Positions 12,096 to 23,277 of a stretch of 64,000 nucleotides of DNA are shown here, piece by piece. Under the pieces are notes generated by a model. The model saw only the letters and a program-made list of their open reading frames with translations. It had not been told where the DNA came from and did no database searches. Made by a program: the position numbers and the translations under genes. This stretch comes from a virus, in IMG/VR virus record IMGVR_UViG_3300019889_000007, positions 1 to 64,000 of that record; one strand, written 5' to 3'. Positions within the stretch are counted from its first letter, which is position 1. Each line of letters begins with the position of its first letter.

Positions 12096-13902
12096 CTGGT
12101 CCACAGGAATTGCGTGGCATTTGTTGTGCCCTTTGCACAGCGTGATCCTGATGGACCCGACAAAAGCAACACCCATCTTTAATCCTGAAAGGACACATCG
12201 TGGCCTTGCGCCATCATCTCAAATGGGTCCCGTTCCCTACCACCCCGGCGTCCTGCGTCACCGCGTTGACGCATTGGGCGTGCCACCATCCCGGCGGCCG
12301 GGAGATGTTCGCCCGGACCCTGTCCGAGGACGAGATCGAAGCGGCCATGGTCTGGGCGCTCCAGAGCAACGGCGTCCACGCCCTGCATGAGCAGGTCGTC
12401 ACCCCTGAGGGTGTCGAAGTCACCGACGTCGAAGCCAAAGCGTGTGAACAGATCGTGCGGCACGTACCGGAGTGGAGAGCCGACCTGGCCGACCAACGTC
12501 CGGTGAACGCCGGGATACGCCGGTGATCCCACCGCTTCAGATGCACTCGCTGGAAACCACGACACTGGCGGAGCTGGCCGAAGCAGCGCGTCTGCAAGCC
12601 GAAGCGCTCAAAAAGCGTGCGATGACCACGTTCAACCAGACCGGTGAGGTCGCCGTGCTGCACGGCAGGAAACTGCTTGACCGCAGTGCCGAGCTGGAAG
12701 CACTGGCCGAGATTTTCGCAGACGCGGCCCGCGCGGTCATGTTCGTGGAGAAACTGTGAGACCTGCCTGACTGGCGGGGCACCCGATCCCGGTGACACGG
12801 CTGGTGCCCCGCCTTCCACCCACAACACACCCGAAAAGAAAGGGATGAGCATGGATGCACCCATAGTAGGGGCATATTTCGTGGCCGAGGCGGTTCGATC
12901 CGATGGGGGTTGGAGCGTTCTGGTCAATGAGTATTTCGGGCAGGACCGTGAACCGTTTGAGACGGTGGTGCCGACGTTTGTGACGCCGGTCGCCTCGGAG
13001 CTGTCTGACCTGGTGGCCACGGCGTTCGCGCCGTTGATCGCTGGCGGTTGGCGTCTGGTCAGCGCGGCACGGTTCGAGCCGTTTAAAACCCTGGTCGATA
13101 TCGAACCGCCTGATGACAATCCGCCGGTGGCGCCGATGGCCGGTGACGAGTTGACGTTCGTGCGGCGGTGCCGTGGACGCGGTATGTCGTCGATGGCCGC
13201 GATGCGGGCCTACCGCAGTGGAGAGCGGTCACCGACTGAGGCGGCCGGACAGTGGAAGCACCATCGGAGCCTGACCTCTGTCATGGCGCCGGTCTAGAAA
13301 CAGGAAATGGTGGGCCTGACGTGGTGTCGATGCGTCAGGCCCACCAAATGAGCCACAAGGAGATTACCGTAATGAGTTCCCCTTTCAAGCGTGAACCGTG
13401 GATGTGCCGTCACGGTGTCAACCTCAAAGATGTCAAGGCTGACAAGTGCGACCCGTGCGGGCTGGCGCCCGATCCGATGGTCGAGACGGTGCTGGCAACG
13501 TTGGCGCAGGTCGTCAAGTTGCAGATCGAATCACTGTCCAAAGTGGTCAGGGACTGCGAACTTCCCAAGGACACCCTGTCGCAAATGCTCAACGACGCGC
13601 AGGTGTCGCTCCTGTTCGCTTCTGCCACCGCCAACGCACTCAACGCACCGGACTGCCAGACCGAGTTCCCCATCCGGTACGCCATCGCGGCACTGCATGC
13701 CGAGGCGCCGACGGCGCAGCGAAGTCTGGCGGTGTGTACCCGGCATGTGCGGGAGGCGGAGAAATCGGTGGCCAAGTGGGCTGCCGACGTCAAAGAGTGG
13801 GCGCAGCTTCGTACCCATACCGACTGACCAGGGCAGGTGGGCTCGCGCCCTGACTGGATGGGGGTCCACCTGCAACCTTGACGACCCGACCCCGAAGGTC
13901 AC

Positions 13903-15381
13903 ATGACAATGAATGATCAAAAACATCCAAGAGACCTCGTTCCGTGGAACATCGTGGTGACCGCCGCGACGAACGCTTCTGATCCGAATTTCCAAGTACG
14001 CACCGACGGTTCGGCGTCAATCGACAATGTCCACTCGGTTTGTTACTGGTGTTTGGACGCCGTCAAACTGGTTGAAGGCGCGCAAACTATCTACGACTCG
14101 ACGTTTGAGCATTTCCCTGACCACCGCGACCTGTTGACCCATGAAGCTCAAGTCTTCAACGAATGCCTCATCTGTGAACATGACAAAGCGGACCTGTTGC
14201 TGTCGTTCCGTGATTCGATCACTGTCATAGTCTGCTGTGGATGCGCGGTAGCACTGTCCGCCGCCGACCCGGAACACCTGGTCGGGTACGCGTTCGAATC
14301 AGTCGCCATACGGCGCGTCAAGCGGTGGAAACTTGATGCGGTATCGGTTCCCCGTTCAGTTCAACGACGTTCCGAAATAGTGATCGACACTCTCACCCAG
14401 GGTGGCAACAACACCACGATATGGATGGGTCCGGTCAACTTGTGGGTGTCCTCCGGCCTGAAAGTCACCGACTTTCGCAAGGTCAAACTGTGGCTGGACA
14501 AAAACTGGCAAAGAATGCCCGACGATTTCGGGCCGGGTTCCATGGTGAAATGCCCGCCTCACATGGCAAACGACAACGGGTGGACCGAACTGCCCAAACT
14601 CGCCGAACTTGGCCGCGCTCACACCAAGGCAGCCGAACCGGTGTGGATCAGCGCGGATCTGTCCACGGAGATCGCTTCCCGCGCTGAGACGATGGAACTC
14701 ACCGGTTTCAGCCAGGAACTCGCCGTTGACGCCCTCGATGGAAACCGGGTCGGGTTGTTGGTGTTCGACCGGCCCATCGTCAGCGACCACTTCCTGGCCG
14801 TGATTGTGGGGATTCAGTACGCGCTGGTTCCCGGTGGTGCGTGGGTTGTCCCGTTGACTCACGCGCGAGGGATCAAGAGGGTAGAGAAAGTAGTACCCGA
14901 CCACGCGTTGGCGCAGATATCGGGCGGGTATTTCCTTCGCGCGATCGACCCCGATGCCGAGACCGGCTTGAGCCCGAGGTACAGCCTGGTATCTCGGTTG
15001 TTGGTCGCGTTTTGGGAACTGGCCAACGAACCCGCGACGGTAGCCACGGTCACTGATTCACTGCGGGAGGAAACCCGCCGGGTCGGCAGGAAGAAACGGC
15101 CCTCCACGATCAAGGCATTGTCGTATCGGGTCAGTGAACTGCGTCGGCCGGAACTGCCCGAACGCGAAGAACCCGATACGCCCGAAGAGGCGGCTGAACG
15201 CCGCAAGCGCGGGAAGTTGACTAGGCGTCACCAGGTTCGGAAGCACATTCGACGGGTCTGGAAAAAGGACAAGAACGGAGTCCGATACCAAGAACCGGTC
15301 GAAGTGGAGTCGTTCTGGCAGGGGCCGGAAGGCTCTCCGGAGGCGTTGCCGAAGGAAAGTTTCAGAAAGATGACTCGGTAA
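13903..15381 (+). CDS. Large hypothetical phage protein with basic C-terminal HxVRxHxR...FWxGP motif
   Basis: 492 aa; RRHQVRKHIRRVWK...VESFWQGPEG resembles a C-terminal motif seen in many phage proteins. Confidence 0.7.
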   Translation: MTMNDQKHPRDLVPWNIVVTAATNASDPNFQVRTDGSASIDNVHSVCYWCLDAVKLVEGAQTIYDSTFEHFPDHRDLLTHEAQVFNECLICEHDKADLLLSFRDSITVIVCCGCAVALSAADPEHLVGYAFESVAIRRVKRWKLDAVSVPRSVQRRSEIVIDTLTQGGNNTTIWMGPVNLWVSSGLKVTDFRKVKLWLDKNWQRMPDDFGPGSMVKCPPHMANDNGWTELPKLAELGRAHTKAAEPVWISADLSTEIASRAETMELTGFSQELAVDALDGNRVGLLVFDRPIVSDHFLAVIVGIQYALVPGGAWVVPLTHARGIKRVEKVVPDHALAQISGGYFLRAIDPDAETGLSPRYSLVSRLLVAFWELANEPATVATVTDSLREETRRVGRKKRPSTIKALSYRVSELRRPELPEREEPDTPEEAAERRKRGKLTRRHQVRKHIRRVWKKDKNGVRYQEPVEVESFWQGPEGSPEALPKESFRKMTR

Positions 15382-15423
15382 AACCGTGTCGTCCACAATT
15401 GACAAGCACAGAGAAAGGACATT

Positions 15424-16050
15424 ATGGATAGAACGAACTGGCGGGATGTGCCGATGCCACCGCAGATAGCGGCGCTACCCCGTGAAAAACGGGGCTTCCC
15501 GGTACCGTATGTGGCGAACTGGCTGCCACGCGGCGGTCAACGCGATGAACACATCGACATCCGCACCAACATCGAGTACGGCTTGCACGACGCCTGCTCG
15601 TGCAAGCCCGGCGACCCCGAATGGGAACCCGATCTTGGGCAAATGTGCTCACCGCGTCAACGTCGCTGCATGAAACACAAGCGCTGCCAGATCTGCACGA
15701 TCAAACTGGAACCCCCCTACCTGTTGATCGGCAGCCCCAAAGGCGACACCGACACCTGGTACACCGAACCACCCGTCTGCACCTCATGCGCCGCATACGC
15801 ACTGCGGGTATGCCCCGGCCTGATCACCAACCAGCGGCCGGTCGCGGTGTGGGCCTGCACCGGCTACGACATCACCGACCAGCGGTTGTTCGCGCTGCCC
15901 GATGGTGAACCGATCGTGCTGCGCACCGAAGGCGACAGCCCGGAGGTTAGGAGCGGATGCTTGACGTACTTCATGGCACACCCGCTCGACGGGGAACCGG
16001 TCCTGGCCGACCAGTGGCTCCACACCTTTGAACAAAAAGGACAGACATGA
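15424..16050 (+). CDS. Cys-rich conserved actinophage-type hypothetical protein
   Basis: RGFPVPY, RQRRCMKHKRCQIC, EPPVCTSCAAYALRVCP; RBS GAAAGGA. Confidence 0.7.
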   Translation: MDRTNWRDVPMPPQIAALPREKRGFPVPYVANWLPRGGQRDEHIDIRTNIEYGLHDACSCKPGDPEWEPDLGQMCSPRQRRCMKHKRCQICTIKLEPPYLLIGSPKGDTDTWYTEPPVCTSCAAYALRVCPGLITNQRPVAVWACTGYDITDQRLFALPDGEPIVLRTEGDSPEVRSGCLTYFMAHPLDGEPVLADQWLHTFEQKGQT

Positions 16051-16361
16051 GGAAATTCCTGGCGATCCCCGTAGCGGCAACGCTTCTGCTTCTTGGCGGG
16101 TGCGGTGTCACCTCAGGAACGATCGTCGACAAGGAAGAAGCCGAGTCGGAGTACAAGCAGGTATGCCGTCAGGTGTCTTACGGCGGCGGCAACAAGAACC
16201 GGCCGGTCAAGACCCGGCAGGAATGTTCCAAGGTGCTGGTAACCGAGTGTTTCGAGTTCACGCTGGAAACCAAGGACGGCCAGCGTGGCGACGTGTGCGT
16301 CACTCCCGAAGAGTTCGACCTGTACGAAGAAGGCGACTACTACCCCAAGGACAGTACGTGA
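16047..16361 (+). CDS. Lipoprotein
   Basis: MRKFLAIPVAATLLLLGG-C signal peptide and lipobox. Confidence 0.75.
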   Translation: MRKFLAIPVAATLLLLGGCGVTSGTIVDKEEAESEYKQVCRQVSYGGGNKNRPVKTRQECSKVLVTECFEFTLETKDGQRGDVCVTPEEFDLYEEGDYYPKDST

Positions 16362-17032
16362 GAATCAAGGACGTCAACACCACCGACATCTACGCCGCCC
16401 TCGACGGAGCTCCGGCGCGTATCGCACAGATCGGCCCGCGCGGGGACGGCAGGTTGTGGATCGACCGCAGCCGTCAGCGCGGCGTCGCCGAAGAATTCCC
16501 GATCCGGCCGACGGATGAGAAGGAACAGACCGCCAGCTACTCCACTGGTGCGGTCAGGATCGGCCACCTGGTGGTCATGGGCTCCAGATCGGATTACGTG
16601 CAGGCCATGGACCAGGTAATAAACCTCGGTGTTGTGGCACTGCCCGAGTGGACCGGCGACAACGACACCGATGCCGAACTGGCAGTCAAGTTCAGCGACA
16701 CTCTGGCCGCCGACAACAAGGGGCTGCGTCTGACAGTGGCCAACACTAAAGTTCTACGGCGGTGGGAAGACTACGTCGCCATGATGGCGGCGCTGCGCGA
16801 CGAAGCGGCCGAACAAGCCCAGCGGCGCGAAAATGGCCGCAGGACATTCAACAGGGCTTTCCAACTGATCACCCCGGCGTTGAAGGAGATGGGCCTGTCG
16901 GATGGGTATTTCGCCGGTATCGACCGGATGAGCGAATACATCAAATCCGACGGCCTGGAAACCGAACTGAACGTACCGATCTCAGTGCTATTGAATCTGG
17001 TTGGTGAACTGATAAAGGCACGGGGCCAGTGA
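16358..17032 (+). CDS. Hypothetical protein, tandem paralogue 1
   Basis: GTG start overlaps the upstream stop; similar to 17029-17670 along its length. Confidence 0.75.
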   Translation: MRIKDVNTTDIYAALDGAPARIAQIGPRGDGRLWIDRSRQRGVAEEFPIRPTDEKEQTASYSTGAVRIGHLVVMGSRSDYVQAMDQVINLGVVALPEWTGDNDTDAELAVKFSDTLAADNKGLRLTVANTKVLRRWEDYVAMMAALRDEAAEQAQRRENGRRTFNRAFQLITPALKEMGLSDGYFAGIDRMSEYIKSDGLETELNVPISVLLNLVGELIKARGQ

Positions 17033-17670
17033 GGATTACCGACGTCACCACGACCGACATTTACGCCACCTTCCAAACCGTGCGCCCCATACGGATCATC
17101 CAATTGGGACCTCAATCCGGTGGCCGATTCTGGAAGAACCAACCGTTCACCTCGGATGAATGTCTCCCATCGGAGGCGACCAGGCAGTACTCACAGGCGG
17201 GGTACACCAGCCCTTCCCACGGACACCTGGCCGTCACCCAAGTCGGCATCAACATCGACCGGGATGGGGCTATAGAAGCGCTCAGCGCGCTCGTGCTGCC
17301 CGACTGGACCGGCGACGATGCTCAAGACACCCAACTGGCCAAAACCTTCCAGGAAGGGCTCCCAGCGGACTTGTTGCGGATGGTGGTGGCGTCATCGAAA
17401 CGGTTGACCCTGTGGAGTGACTACCTGGCCGGTATCGAAGCCGACCGCAAGCGCTACCGGGAGGCCGAAGAACGTGCCGTCCGGCGTCAAACCGAGGCAG
17501 CCGCCGTACTGGATGAGGTCACTCCGGTGTTGAGGGCCGCCGGGATGACGGACATGCAAATTGAGGGTTTGCGGATGGCCGGAGCGTACGACCTGAACAA
17601 CAAAGTGCAGGTGCCGTTGGCGGTGCTGCTGTATATGACAAGACAAATCCAGAAAGGACGTCAGTACTGA
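17029..17670 (+). CDS. Hypothetical protein, tandem paralogue 2
   Basis: RITDVTTTDIYA vs RIKDVNTTDIYA; LPDWTGD vs LPEWTGD; VPLAVLL vs VPISVLL. Confidence 0.75.
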   Translation: MRITDVTTTDIYATFQTVRPIRIIQLGPQSGGRFWKNQPFTSDECLPSEATRQYSQAGYTSPSHGHLAVTQVGINIDRDGAIEALSALVLPDWTGDDAQDTQLAKTFQEGLPADLLRMVVASSKRLTLWSDYLAGIEADRKRYREAEERAVRRQTEAAAVLDEVTPVLRAAGMTDMQIEGLRMAGAYDLNNKVQVPLAVLLYMTRQIQKGRQY

Positions 17671-18087
17671 TGCTGCAAATCGAGTGGGCCGACGGCCCCG
17701 GCAACATGTTCTACACCACCGGTATCGAAGCCGAAACCCGCGACGACCTCACCAACAAGCTCGAAGACACCCTGTCGCTGCTGTACAACGCCATCGCCAC
17801 CCACTCCACAGAGGTGAACATCAACTGCGACTGCGGCACCGGCGGCGACGTATGGCCGCAGTGGGAATACGCCCGACACCTGGCCGGACGCACCGAACTG
17901 CCCGCCACACTGAGCTACCGGAAAATCGCCGAGCACATCGTCAGCGACCCCAGCAAAGGCCACAAAGTTCAGCTGGCGAAATTCACGTACATGAAAATGG
18001 TCGAAGTCTAAGCCAGCTTTCTCGTTGCCCCCGACCATGTGTCGGGGGTTTCGTGTTTCCTGGACTAACGTGAGAATGGAGATGACC

Positions 18088-19584
18088 ATGGGTGGGTTTC
18101 CCCCGACCCCAGAGCAGGCCGACATCGTCGATGCGGCCGTGGCAAGACAAAACTTGGTGGTGTCGGCGTGCGCCGGGACTGGTAAGACCGCCACCTTGGA
18201 AATGATCGCTGGCCATATCGCGCCCCGGCAGGGCACGTTCATCGCGTTCGGTCGGGACATCGCCGCCGAAGCACGCAGCCGATTCCCGTCCAATGTGGTG
18301 TGCAAGACGGCGCATGCGTTCGCGTTGGCCGCGACCCCGACACCGCTCAAAGAGCGGTTCTTCGCCAAGCGGGGAGCCCACCACGGCAAAGACGTGGCAC
18401 GGATTCTGGGCATCACCGACGGGTACCGGTCTGAGGCGATCGACCTGTCACCCAATCAACTGGGCATGCTGGCCAGGGAGATGAAGTCCTGGTTCTGCAA
18501 ATCCGACAGTCGGGACATGGTGTGGCAACACCTGCATCCCGAAGCACTTCCGGGCGGATGCGACGCCAAAGAGCGTGAACATCTGGGGCGAATGTTGCTG
18601 CCGTGGGCCAAGAAGATCTGGTCCGACACGCAATCCCCGAACGGAGTCTTCAAGTATTCCTTTGAGGACTATTTGAAGCGGTATCAGTTGTCGAGCCCGC
18701 GCCTGCCCGGTGACATCATCCTGTTCGACGAGGCACAGGACGCCTCACGGGTGATCGCCGACATCGTGCGGCAGCAAACCAACGCACAGAAAATCTTCGT
18801 CGGCGACGAGATGCAGGCCATCATGGGTTTCACCGGCGCCGTCAACGCGATGGCCGGACACGACGGCCGCCGCCTGGCACTGACCCAGAGTTTCCGGTTC
18901 GGTCCGCACGTAGCGGCCGTAGCCAACCTGTTCCTGTCGATGCTCGGCGCCGACCTGCGCGTCAAAGGATTCGAACCCATCAAATCGCGGTTGACCGGGA
19001 TCGCCGCACCCGATGCGATCCTGTGCCGCAGCAACGGCGGCGTCATCGGGGAAGTCATGGAACAGCTCAAGATCGGGCGGCGGGTGGCCACACCCGGCGA
19101 CGGCGCCGAGATCCGCGCGCTGGCGCAGGCGGCCATGCAGTTGCAGGCCGGTCAAGCCACCGAGCATCCCGAACTGTTCATGTTCAAAAAGTGGGAGGAC
19201 GTCAAGGAGCATTGCGACACCGACCCGTCGGCCAAGGGCCTGAAGGTGTTTGTGAAAATCGTCGACGACTTCGGTGCCGGGGCGATAATGTCGATGACCG
19301 AACGGCTGGTCAAGATCGGTGGAAAACGCACTGATCCGTACGACGTCCTGGTGACCACGGCCCACAAGTCCAAGGGCCTGCAATTCCCGAAAGTCCGGAT
19401 CGGGGACGATTTCCCGGCCCCGTCAGAAGACCCCGACGATGAGTTTGACGACGCCGAACTGATGCTGGCCTACGTCGCGGTAACCCGCGCGCAGCACGAA
19501 CTGTCGATCGGGTCCCTAGGGTGGGTGCTTTGCCCACCTCCTACCCCAACACCACAGGAGCGCAATGAAATCCAATTCGCCTAG
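18088..19584 (+). CDS. UvrD/Rep-like superfamily 1 DNA helicase
   Basis: TPEQ, ACAGTGKT (Walker A), FDEAQD (Walker B), VGDEMQAI, LTQSFRF, TAHKSKGLQF, YVAVTRA. Confidence 0.95.
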   Translation: MGGFPPTPEQADIVDAAVARQNLVVSACAGTGKTATLEMIAGHIAPRQGTFIAFGRDIAAEARSRFPSNVVCKTAHAFALAATPTPLKERFFAKRGAHHGKDVARILGITDGYRSEAIDLSPNQLGMLAREMKSWFCKSDSRDMVWQHLHPEALPGGCDAKEREHLGRMLLPWAKKIWSDTQSPNGVFKYSFEDYLKRYQLSSPRLPGDIILFDEAQDASRVIADIVRQQTNAQKIFVGDEMQAIMGFTGAVNAMAGHDGRRLALTQSFRFGPHVAAVANLFLSMLGADLRVKGFEPIKSRLTGIAAPDAILCRSNGGVIGEVMEQLKIGRRVATPGDGAEIRALAQAAMQLQAGQATEHPELFMFKKWEDVKEHCDTDPSAKGLKVFVKIVDDFGAGAIMSMTERLVKIGGKRTDPYDVLVTTAHKSKGLQFPKVRIGDDFPAPSEDPDDEFDDAELMLAYVAVTRAQHELSIGSLGWVLCPPPTPTPQERNEIQFA

Positions 19585-20248
19585 CGACAAAACCAAAACC
19601 GACATCGCGTGGATGCTGTTGAACTCGGCAAATCTCGTGCCCGAAGTGCAAGACATCATGGCTCACGTCATGCACGACCTTCAGCATGCCGGTCAAGCGC
19701 TGGCCCGCCTGAACGTTGTAGCGCCGGTGGCGACCGGTAATTCCGTGCGGGGAGATGACCTGACCGCTGAGCACCGCCGGGCCGTAGGCGGCATGTACAC
19801 CGCCGCCATGATGAGTCTGCGCACGCATCTGGACGACATCGCCACCACCTTGGGCAACGCCGGAGAAAAGTTCGAGTGGATGGGACAGCGGGCTAAGGAT
19901 TTGGAGGGTGCTTTCAAAGCCTCCTGCGATTCCTGCGATGAACTGGCGACCCACCACTTCCGGTACCTGGACGACCTCGGTGACGGCCTCGATCACGAAA
20001 TTCGTCTGGTCTTCGCGTGCAAGGAGCACATCGAATGCCAGGTGCAAACGGCTGACGGCACCAAGTGCAGTCGCCACGTCGACGCTTTCACACTGGGCAA
20101 GGACGGGGTCTGGAAACTGTACTGCCACATGGTGGATCACCAACCGGACGAGACTCTTATCCAGGTAGGTGCCAAGACGGTCGTCACCATCGACGATCTG
20201 GAGGCGTGGAAGGAATACGACCCCGAGAGCGACGAGTTCTTGTACTAA
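19565..20248 (+). CDS. Hypothetical protein
   Basis: 227-aa ORF, RBS CAGGAG, overlaps the helicase 3' end. Confidence 0.6.
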   Translation: MKSNSPSDKTKTDIAWMLLNSANLVPEVQDIMAHVMHDLQHAGQALARLNVVAPVATGNSVRGDDLTAEHRRAVGGMYTAAMMSLRTHLDDIATTLGNAGEKFEWMGQRAKDLEGAFKASCDSCDELATHHFRYLDDLGDGLDHEIRLVFACKEHIECQVQTADGTKCSRHVDAFTLGKDGVWKLYCHMVDHQPDETLIQVGAKTVVTIDDLEAWKEYDPESDEFLY

Positions 20249-20252
20249 GTGG

Positions 20253-20948
20253 TCAATCCAAAACACCGACCACTTTAGACATGCGTGTGGCGTCGCCGGT
20301 TCCACCGGTGACGGTGACCTGCGGCGCCAACGCCTTAAACCCCACGTATTCGTGGGGTTTGACGTACATCATCCCGGCGAGGCTTTTCTTCTGCGCCCAG
20401 TACTGGAGTGTCCAGTCCTGTCGCGGACCGGCGAAAACGTACCCATGTTTTTGGTACCAGGGATTCAATCGGGGGTCGGCCGCGACGAACGTCGTGATGG
20501 TCAACGTGGTGTGCCCGGTGTCGGCCGAGCGTTTCTCCACGTCGGCCAACAACATGCCGCCGATACCGCGACCCTGATACTTCGGTAGGACAGCCAATAG
20601 ATTCAGCTCTGTCAGTGCTCCCGACAGCAGCGGCAGCGTCTCTTTGGACACGTTCGACTCGCACGTTATCCACGTCAGCGGTGGAACCGTGTAAGACATA
20701 CCGACGGGCTGGCCATGGTAGTCGGCAATCCGCATCGATGCCCGGCACGGATACGTCAGATCCTCGCCAGTGGAGACACGTTTCACATCCAAAGTGGACA
20801 TGTCTTCCTTCAGCTCCGGAAGCATCGCACAGATGTTGTCCATCAACGTGGTGTCGACCCGGCCGTGCATGGCCATGGCCGTGAATTTGCGGACGGCCTT
20901 GTGGTCGCCCGGAGTGGGATGGCGCAGAGTCACTGGGGGAGTTGTCAT
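20253..20948 (-). CDS. GNAT family N-acetyltransferase
   Basis: LAVLPKYQGRGIGGMLL acetyl-CoA motif A; WYQKHGY motif B. Confidence 0.9.
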   Translation of the reverse strand: MTTPPVTLRHPTPGDHKAVRKFTAMAMHGRVDTTLMDNICAMLPELKEDMSTLDVKRVSTGEDLTYPCRASMRIADYHGQPVGMSYTVPPLTWITCESNVSKETLPLLSGALTELNLLAVLPKYQGRGIGGMLLADVEKRSADTGHTTLTITTFVAADPRLNPWYQKHGYVFAGPRQDWTLQYWAQKKSLAGMMYVKPHEYVGFKALAPQVTVTGGTGDATRMSKVVGVLD

Positions 20949-21830
20949 CCACGAATTTTCACATACGCCCCGCACGGCCGGATGGTAAACGGGACGGCAG
21001 CTACCTGTCCACCGTCCCGCTCATCTACCCCAGCGCGAAGACTCCGGCCAGTGTACCGCGACAATGTTCGATTAAGGGGGTTGTTGTTGATGAGTGGTCG
21101 AATCCGGAAATCCACGATAGAGCGGGTACTGAATCCGATCACCAAGGCATGGGTATGGCGCGACGACGGCGACGGCCTGGTCCGAGAGATGGACCACGTC
21201 ATGCGGTTCAAGGACCCCGCCACGGTGCCATGGCCCGAAGTGGTCAGCGCTTTCCGGCAGGAAAACCTGGTGTGGCGGTTTCTCTACTGGCCGGAGCACC
21301 CGTTGTGGGGGTCTGCGGTGGCCGTCGCGCGGTCCACGTACGTCCTGGACCGTGATGCAATAAGCGGTGTGAGCAGTGAAGTACCGACCGTGTTCATCGG
21401 TGTCGACATCCCCGAATATCTACAGAACTACTGGGACTCAAGCTATCTGTCGGTGCAGTACTGGCGTAAAGGCGTCGAGGCGGCGCGTGAAGCGGTCTTG
21501 GCGCGGCCTGAGATCATCGAACAATGGACGAAGAACCACAGTACCGAGGCCGTGCCCTCGCCAATGTCATCACCGACGGCGACAGTGACAACGTGAAGGG
21601 GGGCGTGTTCGAGCTGCCCGGTGGCCACGTGTCACCGCCAACAGCCGAGTTCGCCGAGCAAACAGCGTTGTACGAACGGATGCTCCAAGAGTTCCCCCGC
21701 ATCGGCAAGGCGATTTCGTCGATGCCGCCGGAACTTCGCGGCGCCGCGTTCGACTGCCTCCTGGAGGCATTGACCAACTCCATTGTCAAACAGCAGGACA
21801 CGGCCATGGCCCAACGGTCACAATGAGGGT

Positions 21831-22208
21831 ATGAGAATCCTCGTCACCGGCGGCCGGGACTACGACGACTGGGAAGCCATCTACCAGGAGCTTGCCAGGT
21901 ACGACCACCACGATCCGAAGCCGACGCTGGTCCACGGCGACTGCAAGACCGGTGCCGATTTCCTGGCCGCACAGATCGCCCATGATCTGGGATGGACGTT
22001 GGACCCGCACCCGGCCAAATGGCACATCTACGGTGATCCGGCTGGGCCACACCGAAACGAAGAGATGGCTCACGCCGAGTGCGATGTATGCATCGTGTTC
22101 CCCGGCGGGAAAGGCACCGCCGACATGGAGCGGCGGGCACGCCGGGTAGGCATGGCCCTGATCCTGGTCGGCGACGACGAGACAGTCACCCAATCCACCC
22201 TGTTCTAA
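21831..22208 (+). CDS. DUF2493 / YspA-like SLOG family protein
   Basis: ILVTGGRDY, VHGDCKTGAD, AGPHRNEEM, FPGGKGTADM. Confidence 0.85.
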   Translation: MRILVTGGRDYDDWEAIYQELARYDHHDPKPTLVHGDCKTGADFLAAQIAHDLGWTLDPHPAKWHIYGDPAGPHRNEEMAHAECDVCIVFPGGKGTADMERRARRVGMALILVGDDETVTQSTLF

Positions 22209-22287
22209 ACAGGATTTTAGTTCGCCCGGCCGCGCCTCTCCATGACGGAGGGGCGCGTTTCTTTACGCACCAACAGGAAGGACACTC

Positions 22288-23058
22288 ATGATTTCGTACC
22301 GCACTGTCGATTTGGCGAGGCTGAACTCAGCCACCAAGTACCCGTCGATCGACACGTACCACCGGTTGGACCCCAAGACCGGAGACCTCACCGAGGCGCT
22401 GAACCACTCTTTCACCGGCGACGTGTACATGACCGAGAAGATCGACGGCACCAACGGCCGGATCGTGCTGTGCCCGGACGGGTGGATCATCGGATCGCGT
22501 AACGAACTGCTCACCGGTGAGGGCGACCTGATCGTCAACCCCAAGGAATCCATTGTGGAAACCTTGATGTATTCGGCTGAGCGGTTGAGCCATCGCAACG
22601 CCGATGAGAACGTGATCGTGGCGTACTTCGAGGTCTACGGATCTCAAGGACCCAAAGCGAAGCAGTACTCCCACAAGGGTAAAACCAACGGCTGCCGCCT
22701 GTTCGACATCGCGACCATCCCGACAGAGGTTCTCGACTGGGAACCGTCCAAGATTTCCGGTTGGCGTCAAAACAGCGGTCAGGATTTCGTGCCCGCGCAT
22801 CTACTGCCGTCGTGGGCCGACGCGATGGGTGCTGACCTGGTGCCGTGGGTCGGCGGCATCGACGGCAGCCAGTTGCCGACCGGTGTGGATGAGACCGAGG
22901 CTTGGATGCAGGATCTGGTGCCGTTGACTCAGGCCAACCTCGACCGGGCCACACCCGGAGCTGCTGAAGGTCTGGTGATCCGTTCGGAGAATCGTTCGGC
23001 GATCGCCAAGTTGCGGTTCGAGGATTACGGCCGCACCCGCGTCCGCTCCAGGAAGTGA
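22288..23058 (+). CDS. RNA ligase (Rnl2-like nucleotidyltransferase)
   Basis: KYPSI, motif I TEKIDGTN, FEVYG, FDI, motif IV EGLVIR, motif V AKLR. Confidence 0.85.
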   Translation: MISYRTVDLARLNSATKYPSIDTYHRLDPKTGDLTEALNHSFTGDVYMTEKIDGTNGRIVLCPDGWIIGSRNELLTGEGDLIVNPKESIVETLMYSAERLSHRNADENVIVAYFEVYGSQGPKAKQYSHKGKTNGCRLFDIATIPTEVLDWEPSKISGWRQNSGQDFVPAHLLPSWADAMGADLVPWVGGIDGSQLPTGVDETEAWMQDLVPLTQANLDRATPGAAEGLVIRSENRSAIAKLRFEDYGRTRVRSRK

Positions 23059-23103
23059 GAAGTGGTGCCGGGCGTTGGAGGTCGCCCGGCACCGGTCTTG
23101 TTT

Positions 23104-23277
23104 TTACAGCCCCCGCTTGATGGTGAACACCAGGGCTTCCAGGCCGTTCAGCACCGGCGATGCGTCGCCGAGCTTGGAGTCGCGGACCTGCTTGAGGCCG
23201 TTGTTGTCACGGCATTGCACGCAGTTGCCGCTGGGGTTGGAGCGGCGGCTCTTGCGCCATGGTCCGGGCACGGTCAT
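23104..23277 (-). CDS. DUF397 domain protein (orphan)
   Basis: WRKSRRS..GNCVQ..VRDSK; RBS AGGAGG. Confidence 0.9.
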   Translation of the reverse strand: MTVPGPWRKSRRSNPSGNCVQCRDNNGLKQVRDSKLGDASPVLNGLEALVFTIKRGL

